From contig JBJFDC010000042.1 of NCBI GenBank assembly GCA_051889215.1, positions 1 through 33,750 on the forward strand: a stretch of DNA of 33,750 nt, written 5' to 3'. The DNA comes from Christensenellales bacterium (GTDB taxonomy: Bacteria > Bacillota > Clostridia > Christensenellales > UBA1242). Numbering within the stretch: the stretch's first letter is position 1; the number at the start of each line of letters is the position of its first letter. Shown piece by piece: positions 16,915-29,722 of the stretch. The position numbers and the translations under genes are program-made. Under the pieces are notes generated by a model. That model made no database searches. It was not told the origin of the DNA and was given only the letters and a program-made list of their open reading frames with translations.

Positions 16915-17266
16915 TTTGCAACAAATAAAACGAGGAGATATATTCTATGCAGACCTAAGCCCAGTCGTCGGAAGCGAACAAGGTGGACTTAGACCTGTTC
17001 TTGTTGTGCAAAACAACATTGGAAACAAATATAGCCCCACAATTATTGTTGCCGCCATCACTTCACAACTCTCAAAAGCCAAACTGCCCACGCATATTTC
17101 TCTTCCTGCTGACAGTTTTAACCTTCCAAAAGATTCCGTCATTCTTTTTGAACAATTGCGAACCATCGACAAGCGTCGTCTCAAAAACTTTGTTGGTTCG
17201 CTTGATGACCGCTTTATGCGCAAGGCAAACGAGGCGCTGATTATAAGCTTGGGACTTTTGGAATAA
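16907..17266 (+). CDS. mazF: MazF/PemK-family endoribonuclease toxin (EndoA type)
   Basis: KRGDIFYADLSPVVGSEQGGLRPVLVVQN, KLPTH and EQLRTIDKRRL motifs. Confidence 0.96.
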   Translation: MNNLQQIKRGDIFYADLSPVVGSEQGGLRPVLVVQNNIGNKYSPTIIVAAITSQLSKAKLPTHISLPADSFNLPKDSVILFEQLRTIDKRRLKNFVGSLDDRFMRKANEALIISLGLLE

Positions 17267-17267
17267 G

Positions 17268-17291
17268 AGCAAGGCATCTGCCTTGTTTTTT
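17268..17291 (+). terminator. Terminator after mazF
   Basis: CAAGGCA/TGCCTTG stem with T-tract. Confidence 0.75.
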
Positions 17292-17430
17292 TAAATTAAA
17301 TTTAATTGCCCAAAATTTATTTATTGTTCGAAGAGCATTTGTTGTTTCCATGCAACATTAATTTTTGCGACCATAATCAATTTGTTGCAAAAAATGTTTT
17401 ATGCTGTTAAAATAGGCATAGAGGTGAAAT

Positions 17431-17856
17431 ATGATACTTGACGAAATAAAAAAACAAAATATTCAGGCAATGAAAGACCACGACCAAGTTGCACGTTCAA
17501 TCTTTTCGGTCGTCATGAACAAAGCAATGCTTGAGGGAATCAAAAAGAGAGAAAAGGGCGAAGAACTCGTTGACGCTGACATGGTTGCAATTTTGCAAAA
17601 AACCATAAAAGAACTGACAGAAGAATGTGAAAATTTCAAAAAAGTTGGCAATGCAGAACAAATTGAAATAATAGAAAAACAAAAAGAAATAATCTCAAAA
17701 TTTCTTCCACAAATGATGAGTCAAGACGAAATTGCGGCGATTATCGAAAATATCCCAGACAAATCTATCGGAAATGTCATGAAAACCTTCAAAATGCAAT
17801 ACGCTGGCAAATGCGATATGCGAGATGTTCAGACAGTTCTTAAAAGGTTTAATTAG
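17431..17856 (+). CDS. GatB/YqeY domain protein
   Basis: AMK, FLPQMMS..EI and GNVMK motifs. Confidence 0.88.
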   Translation: MILDEIKKQNIQAMKDHDQVARSIFSVVMNKAMLEGIKKREKGEELVDADMVAILQKTIKELTEECENFKKVGNAEQIEIIEKQKEIISKFLPQMMSQDEIAAIIENIPDKSIGNVMKTFKMQYAGKCDMRDVQTVLKRFN

Positions 17857-18544
17857 TGAAAATATATTCTATTAGTGATTTGCATTTGAGCGATGGCGAC
17901 AAACCGATGGACGTTTTTGGCGGGAATTGGGAAAACTATGAGAGCAGCATTGCCGACGATTGGCAAAAAAAAGTCAAAGATGACGATGTTGTTTTGATTT
18001 GCGGTGACCTTTGTTGGGCAATGAAAATTGAAGATGCGGGGTGCCTATATGACTATCTTGCAGCACTTCCTGGCAAAAAAGTTCTAATTCGTGGGAACCA
18101 TGATTATTGGTGGAAAAGCATCAGTGCGGTCAGGGATTTTTTGCCCGTGGGCTGCTATGCTTTGCAAAATGATGCGGTGAAAATTGGTGATTACATTTTT
18201 TGTGGTTGTCGCGGTTGGAGCACGGGCGACAAGAACACCGCCGAAGACGACAGATTGTTTGCACGCGAAGTGTTGAGAATGGGACTGGCTCTTGATGATG
18301 CGGAGCGAATAAAAAAAGATGACGAAAAAATTGTTGTGCTCACACACTTTCCGCCATTTGATTCAAAGCGTGCGTCAAATCAAATGACAGAACTTTTTGA
18401 AAAACATGGTGTGACGGCGGTTGCTTATGGTCACTTGCATGGAAAAAATATCAGAGCGGACGAATTGGTCGAAAAAAATGGTGTGAAATATTATCTGACA
18501 TCATGCGACCAGGTTGAAAATAAATTGGTGGAGATTGAGGTCTA

Positions 18545-18545
<1 letters not shown>
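17856..18545 (+). CDS. Calcineurin-like metallophosphoesterase
   Basis: SDLH, GD, GNHD, THFPP and GHLH motifs. Confidence 0.93.
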
Positions 18546-21314
<2,769 letters not shown>

Positions 21315-21381
21315 TTGCAAAAAACCTCCATATATAGTATACTTTATTCTAGTATCTATAACATGACAAGGGTGTGAAAGT

Positions 21382-22413
21382 TTGAAGATAAAATTAAAAA
21401 ATGTAAAAGTGTATAACCGCGAACTCCAACGATTTGAACTGGGCGAGGTTTGTGTTGAAAATGGTGTGTTCGTTGATGCCAAAAACTTTGAAGAAGATGA
21501 GGTGTGGGACTGCTCAAACGACATTTTGATTCCAAATTTTGTTTCGGATTTTGGAAATGTCGAAAAAGAACTTGAAAAAGATATGTCAGACCCAACAGAA
21601 ATTGCAAGGCGATTGGTTGAATGCTATCTCGAAAATGGCTATTCAAAAATTGTGGAACAAATTGACAATTTGGAAGTTGCTCAAAAACTAGGCGACTTTT
21701 GGATTGAAACCGAGGTTGTCAGTGGCGATTTAAAACTGCTCTTCAAAGTCAAACAAAAAGGCAAGCGAAATCTCTCGATTGGAGTTTGGGTTGACCTTGT
21801 TTGCGACTCGCCAAACGAGATTGATGAAAAAGTTATGTTCGCTCATAAAAATGGGCTCAAAATTTATTCCAATTTTTATGAATCGCTAAATCGTGCGGGT
21901 GAGATATCAATTCAATATTCAAAATCTCCGATTGAGGCGGCGCGCGATTTTGGAATGCTTGATGAACATTTGGTCTCAACCAATAATGTTTGTCTTGACA
22001 AAGAAGATATTGTGCAAATGGAAAATGTCAAACTTTGCCTCGCGCCAAAAACCAATATGTTTTCTGGACTTGGATTTGAGCCGGTCGGGCTTATAAAAAA
22101 TCATGAGAAAGATGTTGGGTTTGCCTCGTTTTGTGAATTTGGACTTGACGCTTTTGATAACATGAGATTGGCACTGTGTGAGGCCCGAGCAAGCATGAAT
22201 GATGAGGACATTTTGAGTGAAAAAGATGTGCTGTCTTGGGCGACTGGAACAAATGAGTTTTCACCACAAATTAATAAAATTGCCTCTTTTTTGCTTATAA
22301 AATCCAAAAAAACGCATAAAAACATTGAAAATATCGAAGATTTTGTGAAATTTTTAAACAAAGACGACATAGCCGCAAATGTTATTGCGGGCAGAGTTGT
22401 TTTCAAAAAATAA
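21382..22413 (+). CDS. Degenerate amidohydrolase-superfamily protein (MtaD/SsnA-like)
   Basis: N-terminal beta-sandwich pattern, 'PKTNM..G.G', 'WAT', 'NVIAGRVV'; metal-binding motifs are substituted. Confidence 0.7.
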   Translation: MKIKLKNVKVYNRELQRFELGEVCVENGVFVDAKNFEEDEVWDCSNDILIPNFVSDFGNVEKELEKDMSDPTEIARRLVECYLENGYSKIVEQIDNLEVAQKLGDFWIETEVVSGDLKLLFKVKQKGKRNLSIGVWVDLVCDSPNEIDEKVMFAHKNGLKIYSNFYESLNRAGEISIQYSKSPIEAARDFGMLDEHLVSTNNVCLDKEDIVQMENVKLCLAPKTNMFSGLGFEPVGLIKNHEKDVGFASFCEFGLDAFDNMRLALCEARASMNDEDILSEKDVLSWATGTNEFSPQINKIASFLLIKSKKTHKNIENIEDFVKFLNKDDIAANVIAGRVVFKK

Positions 22414-22425
22414 AGGAAGGTTAAT

Positions 22426-24576
22426 ATGGATATTGTATCAGTTTTATCAAAAGAATTTAATATCAGAGCGGATTATGTCAACAACATCATAAACCTCATA
22501 GACGAAGGGTGCACAATTCCGTTTATTGCCCGTTATAGAAAAGAGCTCACCGGTTCATGCGACGACCAAGTTCTCCGTGAACTCAACGACAGACTTGTTT
22601 ATCTTCGCAACCTTGAAAAGAGAAAACAAGAAATCTCAAAGTCAATCATTGAACAAGAAAAAATGACTGACGAACTTCAAGCACAAATTGATGCGGCAAA
22701 AACTTTGACCGAAGTTGAGGATATATATCGTCCATACAAGCCAAAGAGAAAAACAAGAGCAAGCATGGCTGTCGCAAAAGGACTCAAACCGCTTGCCGAC
22801 CTGATTTTCTCTCAAGACATTCATGAGAGTGCCGAAGAACTTGCAAAAGATTATGTTGATGCCGAAAAAGATGTGGCTGATGTTGAGAGCGCGTTGCAGG
22901 GTGCGAAAGACATTATTGCCGAATATATATCTGACGACAGCGAGATAAGAAAAGCATTGAGAGAGTCAATTTGGGAAAATGGCGAGATTGAAACAGTGCT
23001 TGTTGAAAACGAAAATTCAAAGACCTATGAAATGTATAAAGAATATTCTGAACCAGTTGCAAAAATTCCTTCACACCGCATTCTTGCAATCAATCGCGGC
23101 GAAAAAGAAGGGTGTCTCAAAGTTTCGGTTAAATATTCTGAAAAACTCGCCCACAAACTCATGAGCAAAGCATTTGTCAAAGATAATGTGTTCACAAACG
23201 CCATAATGCAAGAAGTGATTGAGGATAGTTTTTCAAGACTTTTGTTTCCTTCTCTTGAAAATGAGTGCCGAAACAATCTCACCGACAAAGCCAATGAGCA
23301 AGCAATCAAAATGTTTGAGGTTAATTTGAAACCATTGCTCATGGTGGCACCGCTCAAAAACAACATTATTTTGGGGCTTGACCCAGCATATCGAACTGGG
23401 TGCAAAATTGCAGTTATTGACAAAAACGGTGATGTTCTCGACACAACTGTCATCTATCCAACTCCACCTCAATCAAAAATTGAAGAGAGCATCTACAAAC
23501 TTCGCCAACTCATTCTCAAACATAATGTTGACATAATTTCAATCGGGAACGGAACGGCATCAAAAGAGGCAGAAATTTTTGTTGCAAAACTCATTGCCCA
23601 GACCCCAGAGCGAAAATTAAATTATGCAGTTGTCAATGAGGCGGGGGCATCAGTTTACTCTGCTTCAAAACTCGGTGCTCAAGAGTTTCCTGATTATGAT
23701 GTTTCGCTGCGTAGTGCGGTTTCCATTGCTCGTCGTCTTCAAGATCCACTCGCAGAATTAATCAAAATTGATGTCAAATCAATCGGTGTTGGTCAATATC
23801 AGCACGACATGCCACAAAATCGACTGACCGAAGTGTTGGAAGGTGTTGTTGAGGACTGCGTAAACTCGGTTGGTGTCGACCTGAACACGGCATCTGTTTC
23901 TCTTCTTTCATATGTTTCTGGACTCAATCAAGGAATTGCAAAAAACATTGTTGAATTCAGAAAAACAAACAAGAGTTTTACTTCTCGTGAACAACTTCTC
24001 AAAGTTCCAAAACTCGGAGCAAAAGCATATGAACAATGTGCGGGCTTCCTTCGAATTGTCGGTTCAAAAAATGTGTTTGAAAACACTGGCGTTCACCCAG
24101 AAAGTTATGAGGCAGCAAAAAAACTCTTGAATTTGTTTGGGCTTGATGAAGAAGACGTGAAAAACAACAACTTGACAAGTCTTCCTCTTCTTGTTAAAAA
24201 TATTGGCGAAACTGAAGTCGCAAAAAAAATTGGCGTTGGCGTTCCAACACTTCTCGACATGATCAAAGAACTCACAAAACCTGGGCGCGACATTCGTGAA
24301 GAAATGCCAAAACCAGTTCTTCGCAGTGACTTGCTTTCACTTGAAGACCTCAAAGAGGGCATGGTGCTTTCGGGAGTTGTCAGAAATGTTATTGATTTTG
24401 GCGCTTTTGTTGATATTGGAGTTCATCAAGACGGACTTGTGCATATTTCTCAAATTTGCGACAGATACATCAAACACCCTTCCGAAGTGCTCAAAGTTGG
24501 CGACCATGTTCAAGTCAAAGTTCTTTCAGTTGACCCCGCAAAAAAACGCATATCCCTCACAATGAGAGATTTATAA
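22426..24576 (+). CDS. tex: Tex-family transcription accessory protein (S1 domain)
   Basis: TIPFIARYRKE, GLDPAYRTGCK, EAGASVYSAS and C-terminal S1 FGAFVDIGVHQDGLVH. Confidence 0.96.
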   Translation: MDIVSVLSKEFNIRADYVNNIINLIDEGCTIPFIARYRKELTGSCDDQVLRELNDRLVYLRNLEKRKQEISKSIIEQEKMTDELQAQIDAAKTLTEVEDIYRPYKPKRKTRASMAVAKGLKPLADLIFSQDIHESAEELAKDYVDAEKDVADVESALQGAKDIIAEYISDDSEIRKALRESIWENGEIETVLVENENSKTYEMYKEYSEPVAKIPSHRILAINRGEKEGCLKVSVKYSEKLAHKLMSKAFVKDNVFTNAIMQEVIEDSFSRLLFPSLENECRNNLTDKANEQAIKMFEVNLKPLLMVAPLKNNIILGLDPAYRTGCKIAVIDKNGDVLDTTVIYPTPPQSKIEESIYKLRQLILKHNVDIISIGNGTASKEAEIFVAKLIAQTPERKLNYAVVNEAGASVYSASKLGAQEFPDYDVSLRSAVSIARRLQDPLAELIKIDVKSIGVGQYQHDMPQNRLTEVLEGVVEDCVNSVGVDLNTASVSLLSYVSGLNQGIAKNIVEFRKTNKSFTSREQLLKVPKLGAKAYEQCAGFLRIVGSKNVFENTGVHPESYEAAKKLLNLFGLDEEDVKNNNLTSLPLLVKNIGETEVAKKIGVGVPTLLDMIKELTKPGRDIREEMPKPVLRSDLLSLEDLKEGMVLSGVVRNVIDFGAFVDIGVHQDGLVHISQICDRYIKHPSEVLKVGDHVQVKVLSVDPAKKRISLTMRDL

Positions 24577-24584
24577 GGATTATT

Positions 24585-25316
24585 ATGCAAAACAAACTTA
24601 ATTTCAAAAATCGCGAAGAATTGCGAAAATATCTTTTTGAGCAAATGAAAGAGCTTAACAAAAAAGGTGAGTTTAATATTTTTGTTCATCAAATCAACAA
24701 CTACAAAAATTTTTTTGACCACGGAGAAGATATTTTGCAAAGAAAAATTGATGGCATTTTTGACGGCGGATTGAGACTTGGTCAATATTCAAGCATTTTT
24801 GGAACAACAAATCTCGTTTCATGTTCGTCCGACCTTGATGTCGATTCAATTCTCGACTACAATTATTATCGCAATTCTCATCTTCCAACACTCGTCATGG
24901 CAATTCCAAAATATATCGATGTTGACGGCAAAAAAATTGAATTTTCTTCATACAAAAACAATGTTGAGGGCGCGAGAGAAGAAATCAAAAATGAATTTCG
25001 CGCAAATGGAATTGTTGAGAGCAATCACAACATAAAGTCATGCCTTTTTGATGTTCTCAAAGGTTATAACAATTTGCCTCAATACTACATTTTGGGAGTT
25101 GTTGCAAAAGACAAAGATGGATATGTTTTTGTTGAAAACAAAAATCATCTGAAAAATTTTTCATCAAATGAATATCAAAGTTATTTGGATTGTGTTTCAA
25201 ACAAAGTCAAGCAAAAGTATGCTGAATTTGGAACAGATGACCCCATTGCGCTCATGATAAAAAGTTTTCGAAATGAGCAAAAATGGAGAGATGAGCAACT
25301 GTTGGATTATGACTAG
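24585..25316 (+). CDS. Hypothetical protein
   Basis: 243-aa ORF with AAGGA RBS, 8 nt after tex. Confidence 0.8.
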   Translation: MQNKLNFKNREELRKYLFEQMKELNKKGEFNIFVHQINNYKNFFDHGEDILQRKIDGIFDGGLRLGQYSSIFGTTNLVSCSSDLDVDSILDYNYYRNSHLPTLVMAIPKYIDVDGKKIEFSSYKNNVEGAREEIKNEFRANGIVESNHNIKSCLFDVLKGYNNLPQYYILGVVAKDKDGYVFVENKNHLKNFSSNEYQSYLDCVSNKVKQKYAEFGTDDPIALMIKSFRNEQKWRDEQLLDYD

Positions 25317-25332
25317 AACAAAAAGATAGCAT

Positions 25333-25360
25333 AAAAAAGTCACCAAGTTTGGTGACTTTT
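25333..25360. terminator. Bidirectional terminator
   Basis: AAAAGTCACCAA/TTGGTGACTTTT. Confidence 0.85.
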
Positions 25361-25363
25361 GTG

Positions 25364-25816
25364 TTATTTTGTTTGGTCGTTTTTCATGTGTTCTTTTTTG
25401 AGTTCATGGAAAATGGCGATTTCTCTTTCAGCGGCTTCTGGGGAGTCAGATGAGTGCACAACATTTTCTGTCACGCGAATTTCCAGGTGAAGAAGTCTTG
25501 GGATATTGTGGCGAATTGTTCCAGGTTCTGGATTTTTTGTTGAACCGCAAAGTTTGCGAATTCTTTCAATTGCATTTTCGCCAGAGACCACCATTCCATA
25601 TGCCTTGTCGCTCGTGATATATTTTTCAAGATTTGGATAAAATGGTTTTCCGACATGTTCAACATAGTGTTGTTTTGCATGTTTTTCGTCGTATTGAATA
25701 TAACTTTCTTCCTCAATTTTTATTCCGTTTGCAGCAAGTTTTTCCTTTATCAAAAGAATCACTATTGAACTGTTCGCAAACTTTGGTTTTATCATGACAT
25801 ATGATGTTTGTCTCAT
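25364..25816 (-). CDS. ndk: Nucleoside diphosphate kinase
   Basis: MIKP, HYxEHxGKPFY, PGTIR and NVVHSSDS motifs. Confidence 0.95.
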   Translation of the reverse strand: MRQTSYVMIKPKFANSSIVILLIKEKLAANGIKIEEESYIQYDEKHAKQHYVEHVGKPFYPNLEKYITSDKAYGMVVSGENAIERIRKLCGSTKNPEPGTIRHNIPRLLHLEIRVTENVVHSSDSPEAAEREIAIFHELKKEHMKNDQTK

Positions 25817-25968
25817 TTTTTGCTCCTTTTTGTTGTTTGTTAATTATAATAACAAACTATTATTCATATTGCAATATTTTATTTGACGAAAAACAAAAAT
25901 AATGATAATAATTTATCAAACAAATATAGGGGAGTTTTGTTGGTTTTCTTGATTTGTTGGGAGAGATT

Positions 25969-26193
25969 ATGCAAAAAGTTTGCTCAAAATGCAAGATGAA
26001 CATTCAGGACGTTTTGGACTCGGGAGTTGTTGGGTGCAAAGAGTGTTATGTTGAATTTCATGATGAACTTCTTCCAATCATCAAAAATTTGCAAAAAAGC
26101 ACGCAAAATTTGGGGAAAAGACCAAATTCAAAATGTTTTGAGAGTGACCTTGTTCAAGAAGTCCAACATCTTTTGCGAGGTGAAGATGGATAG
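25969..26193 (+). CDS. mcsA: Minimal McsA-like zinc-finger protein
   Basis: CxxC...GCxxCYxxF...GKRP motif; directly upstream of mcsB. Confidence 0.75.
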   Translation: MQKVCSKCKMNIQDVLDSGVVGCKECYVEFHDELLPIIKNLQKSTQNLGKRPNSKCFESDLVQEVQHLLRGEDG

Positions 26194-27193
26194 TTTGACC
26201 AAAGATATTGTCATCTCCTCTCGTGTTAGACTTGCACGCAATTTTGATAAATATAATTTTCCGATAAGACTTTCAAATGACTTTGATGCAGAACAAATTT
26301 TGAGCGATGTCTATAAAAGTGTGTCAGTTGGGAATAATTTTGTGTTTAACAGACTCAAAAACATGGATAACAACCAAACTTTGAAATTTTTGGAAAGACA
26401 CTTGATTAGTCGTGAACTCATTGAAAACAAGGATATTTCTGGATTTTGCATCGACAAAAATGAAGAAATTGTAATTATGATAAACGAAGAGGACCACATT
26501 CGTGAGCAATGCATTCTCAAGGGCTTTCGACTGGACGAGGCATTCAGAAAAATTCAAGAAGTTGATGAGCGGATTTTGGAGTGCTGTGACATTGCGTATT
26601 CAGAAGAGTTTGGTTTTTTGACAGCATGCCCGAGCAATCTTGGGACTGGCATGAGAGCATCTTGCATGATGTTTTTGCCGGCACTCACAAAGACGGGGGC
26701 AATCAAGGATATCATTCAAACATTTTCAAAACTTGGCTTTGCCGTCCGTGGTTTTTTGGGGGAAGGGAGCGAAGCGGAAGGTTATCTCTATCAAATTTCC
26801 AATCAAACAACTCTTGGGCAGAGCGAAATGGATATCATAAAGAATGTCAAGAATGCCGTTATAAAAGTTTGTGAAATGGAAAATGAAGCGAGAGAAGTTT
26901 TGTTTCAAACAAAAAAAGACCAAATCAAAGACGCGACATATCGCGCTTATGGGATTTTGTCAAATTCATACATCATGACTCAAAGCGAGTTCACAAAACT
27001 CATCAGTGACCTAAAACTCGGACATGCCTTGGGACTTATTGAATTTGAAAATCAAAACATACTTGAAGAAATCGAAGTCTCTTCGCAACCTGCAAATCTC
27101 ATGGAGCGGTTTGGGGAAGAACTTTGCGAAGAGAAGAGAGATAAATTCCGTGCGGACTATCTTTGCCGCGCATTAAAAAATCAACGTGTTTAG
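26186..27193 (+). CDS. mcsB: Protein arginine kinase McsB
   Basis: SSRVRLARN, NEEDH, CPSNLGTG and QISNQTTLG motifs; GAGGTG RBS before 26186. Confidence 0.95.
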   Translation: MDSLTKDIVISSRVRLARNFDKYNFPIRLSNDFDAEQILSDVYKSVSVGNNFVFNRLKNMDNNQTLKFLERHLISRELIENKDISGFCIDKNEEIVIMINEEDHIREQCILKGFRLDEAFRKIQEVDERILECCDIAYSEEFGFLTACPSNLGTGMRASCMMFLPALTKTGAIKDIIQTFSKLGFAVRGFLGEGSEAEGYLYQISNQTTLGQSEMDIIKNVKNAVIKVCEMENEAREVLFQTKKDQIKDATYRAYGILSNSYIMTQSEFTKLISDLKLGHALGLIEFENQNILEEIEVSSQPANLMERFGEELCEEKRDKFRADYLCRALKNQRV

Positions 27194-27202
27194 GAGGGAG
27201 TT

Positions 27203-29665
27203 GTGTTTTATAATTTAAATCTTTCTGAAAATGCACTAAAAGCAATCAAAAAAGCAGGGCGAATTGCTCTCAAATATGGCTCAAACCAAGTGGGCACAGA
27301 ACATTTGCTCTATGGGCTCTCTGAAATCAAAGACTCGCCAAGTCGCGATGTCCTCAACAAATTTGGAATAAATTCCAAGTCGATTGAAGAAATATTTGCC
27401 GAAGAAGATGGAGTGAGCCCGATTGAGAGCAGCGTTGAACTCACACCTCGCTCAAAAGAAGTGCTAAAAATTGCCGGAAGCATCGCGACTGGACTTGGAC
27501 ACAACTATATTGGAACAGAGCATATTTTGTATGCAATGCTGTCAATGACCGATTCATATGCTGTGCAAATTATTGCTGGGGTGTTTGGCGTTAATGTTTC
27601 AATGCTTCGAAACAAAGTTGCAAGTCTCATTCAAGGAAGAAGTTCATTTGAAGATGACGATGAAAATATGAGCGAAAACCTTGAGAATCAAAATGTTCAA
27701 AAAAGTGCTTTGCCTGAAAAACTTTTGGAGATGGGGGTTGACCTCACTCAAAAAGCAAAAGACGGAAAAATTGACCCAATAATTGGCCGCGAACAAGAAA
27801 TTGAGCGCATGATTGAAATACTTTGCCGAAAAACAAAAAACAACCCTGTTCTTATTGGCGAAGCGGGGGTCGGAAAGACCGCAGTCGTTGAGGGACTCGC
27901 TCTTGCAATAACGAGCGGGAATGTTCCAGAACTCCTAAAAGACAAACTCATATTTTCTCTCGACATTGGTTCTTTGATGTCTGGAACAAAATATCGTGGA
28001 ACGATGGAAGAAAAACTCAAAGATGCCATCAACACAATCATTCAAAACAAAAACATCATTGTTTTTATTGATGAACTTCATACGCTTGCCCAAGCGGGTG
28101 CAGAAAAAGGTGAGGTCAATCCTTCAGATATTCTCAAGCCATATCTTGCGCGTGGCGAACTTCAAACAATCGGCGCAACAACAACAGAGGAGTATCGCAA
28201 ATACATCGAAAAAGACAAGGCGCTTGAAAGAAGATTTCAGCCAGTTCTCGTCAACCCGCCAACAGTTGAGCAGACGATTGAGATTTTGAAAGGTCTTCGC
28301 GACTCGTTTGAAGCATTTCACAAAGTGACAATCACGGACGACGCGATTGAACAAGCGGTGACGCTTTCCGACCGATATATCACGGACAGAAATTTGCCAG
28401 ACAAGGCGATTGACCTAATCGACCAAGCAAGTTCGCGTGCAAAACTAAACTTTTCGACCAAGCCGCTTGCAATTCGCGAAAAAGAAGAAAAAATCAAACA
28501 GCTTTCAGCAAATCGAGACGAAGCTTCAATGCAAAGAAACTATGAAAAAGCGGCACTTTTCCAGCAACAAATCATAAAGCTTGAGAATGAACTTGACGAC
28601 TTTTCAAAGCAACAAGCAAAATCGAGCAAAAATTTGAATTGCATAACCGGCAACGACATTGCTCATATCGTTTCGCTTTGGACAGGAATTCCAGTCACAA
28701 AAATCACAGAGACTGAAAAACAAAAACTCATGCATCTTGAAGAAACTTTGCATAAACGTGTTGTTGGGCAGGAAGAAGCGGTGAACTCTGTCGCAAATGC
28801 AATAAGACGAAGCCGTGTTGGACTTCAAGATTCCCGCCGTCCGATTGGTTCATTTTTGTTCCTCGGTCAAACAGGTGTTGGAAAAACAGAACTTTGCAAA
28901 GCGATTGCACAAGCCATGTTTGATGACGAAAAAAATATCATTCGTCTTGATATGAGTGAATATATGGAACAACACTCGGTTGCAAAATTGTTTGGTGCAC
29001 CTCCTGGATATGTTGGATATGACGAGGGGGGACAACTGACCGAGCAGGTTAGACGCAAACCATATTCGGTTGTTTTGTTTGACGAGATTGAAAAAGCACA
29101 CCCAGATGTGTTTAACACTCTTCTTCAAATCTTGGACGACGGACGCCTCACGGACAATCAGGGCAGGACAATCAATTTCCGAAACACCATCATAATCATG
29201 ACAAGCAATGTTGGAGCAGCAGAGGTCAAGGCACAAACAAAAGCGCTTGGCTTTGGTCAAGACGACCAAGAACACTCTCAACTCACTTTTGAGCAAACAA
29301 GAAAAATATATATGGATTGCTTGAAACGCAAATTCAAACCAGAATTTTTGAACCGCATTGATGTGATTACAGTATTCCACAATCTCACGCGTGACGATTT
29401 GCTCAAGATTGCAACCATTCTTATTTCCGACCTCTCAAAACGCTTGGAAAAACAAGGACTCAAACTTAATCTCACATATGAAGCGCTCGAATATATTGTT
29501 GACCGCGGAGGAAGCAGTGAGTATGGAGCTCGACCTCTAAAACGCTTTATTCAGCAACATGTTGAAGACCTTATTGCCGAAAAAATTCTCATGGGCGAAC
29601 TCAAGAGCGAGGGCGAAATCACGATTGATTGCAAAAATGATGAACTTCAATTTGTTTCTAATTAA
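27203..29665 (+). CDS. clpC: Clp protease ATPase ClpC
   Basis: Clp-N repeats, two Walker A motifs (GEAGVGKT, GQTGVGKT), UVR middle domain, LGF ClpP-binding loop. Confidence 0.97.
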   Translation: MFYNLNLSENALKAIKKAGRIALKYGSNQVGTEHLLYGLSEIKDSPSRDVLNKFGINSKSIEEIFAEEDGVSPIESSVELTPRSKEVLKIAGSIATGLGHNYIGTEHILYAMLSMTDSYAVQIIAGVFGVNVSMLRNKVASLIQGRSSFEDDDENMSENLENQNVQKSALPEKLLEMGVDLTQKAKDGKIDPIIGREQEIERMIEILCRKTKNNPVLIGEAGVGKTAVVEGLALAITSGNVPELLKDKLIFSLDIGSLMSGTKYRGTMEEKLKDAINTIIQNKNIIVFIDELHTLAQAGAEKGEVNPSDILKPYLARGELQTIGATTTEEYRKYIEKDKALERRFQPVLVNPPTVEQTIEILKGLRDSFEAFHKVTITDDAIEQAVTLSDRYITDRNLPDKAIDLIDQASSRAKLNFSTKPLAIREKEEKIKQLSANRDEASMQRNYEKAALFQQQIIKLENELDDFSKQQAKSSKNLNCITGNDIAHIVSLWTGIPVTKITETEKQKLMHLEETLHKRVVGQEEAVNSVANAIRRSRVGLQDSRRPIGSFLFLGQTGVGKTELCKAIAQAMFDDEKNIIRLDMSEYMEQHSVAKLFGAPPGYVGYDEGGQLTEQVRRKPYSVVLFDEIEKAHPDVFNTLLQILDDGRLTDNQGRTINFRNTIIIMTSNVGAAEVKAQTKALGFGQDDQEHSQLTFEQTRKIYMDCLKRKFKPEFLNRIDVITVFHNLTRDDLLKIATILISDLSKRLEKQGLKLNLTYEALEYIVDRGGSSEYGARPLKRFIQQHVEDLIAEKILMGELKSEGEITIDCKNDELQFVSN

Positions 29666-29722
29666 ATTTGTTTTGAAAAAAAACATTTATTTGATAAAAT
29701 GATTTCAGGAGGGGAATTTACT

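Noticed and set aside
26027-26185. N-terminal extension of McsB or an mcsA-mcsB frameshift fusion
   Set aside because: A good RBS and ATG at 26186 give a normal McsB, and there is no convincing slippery site.
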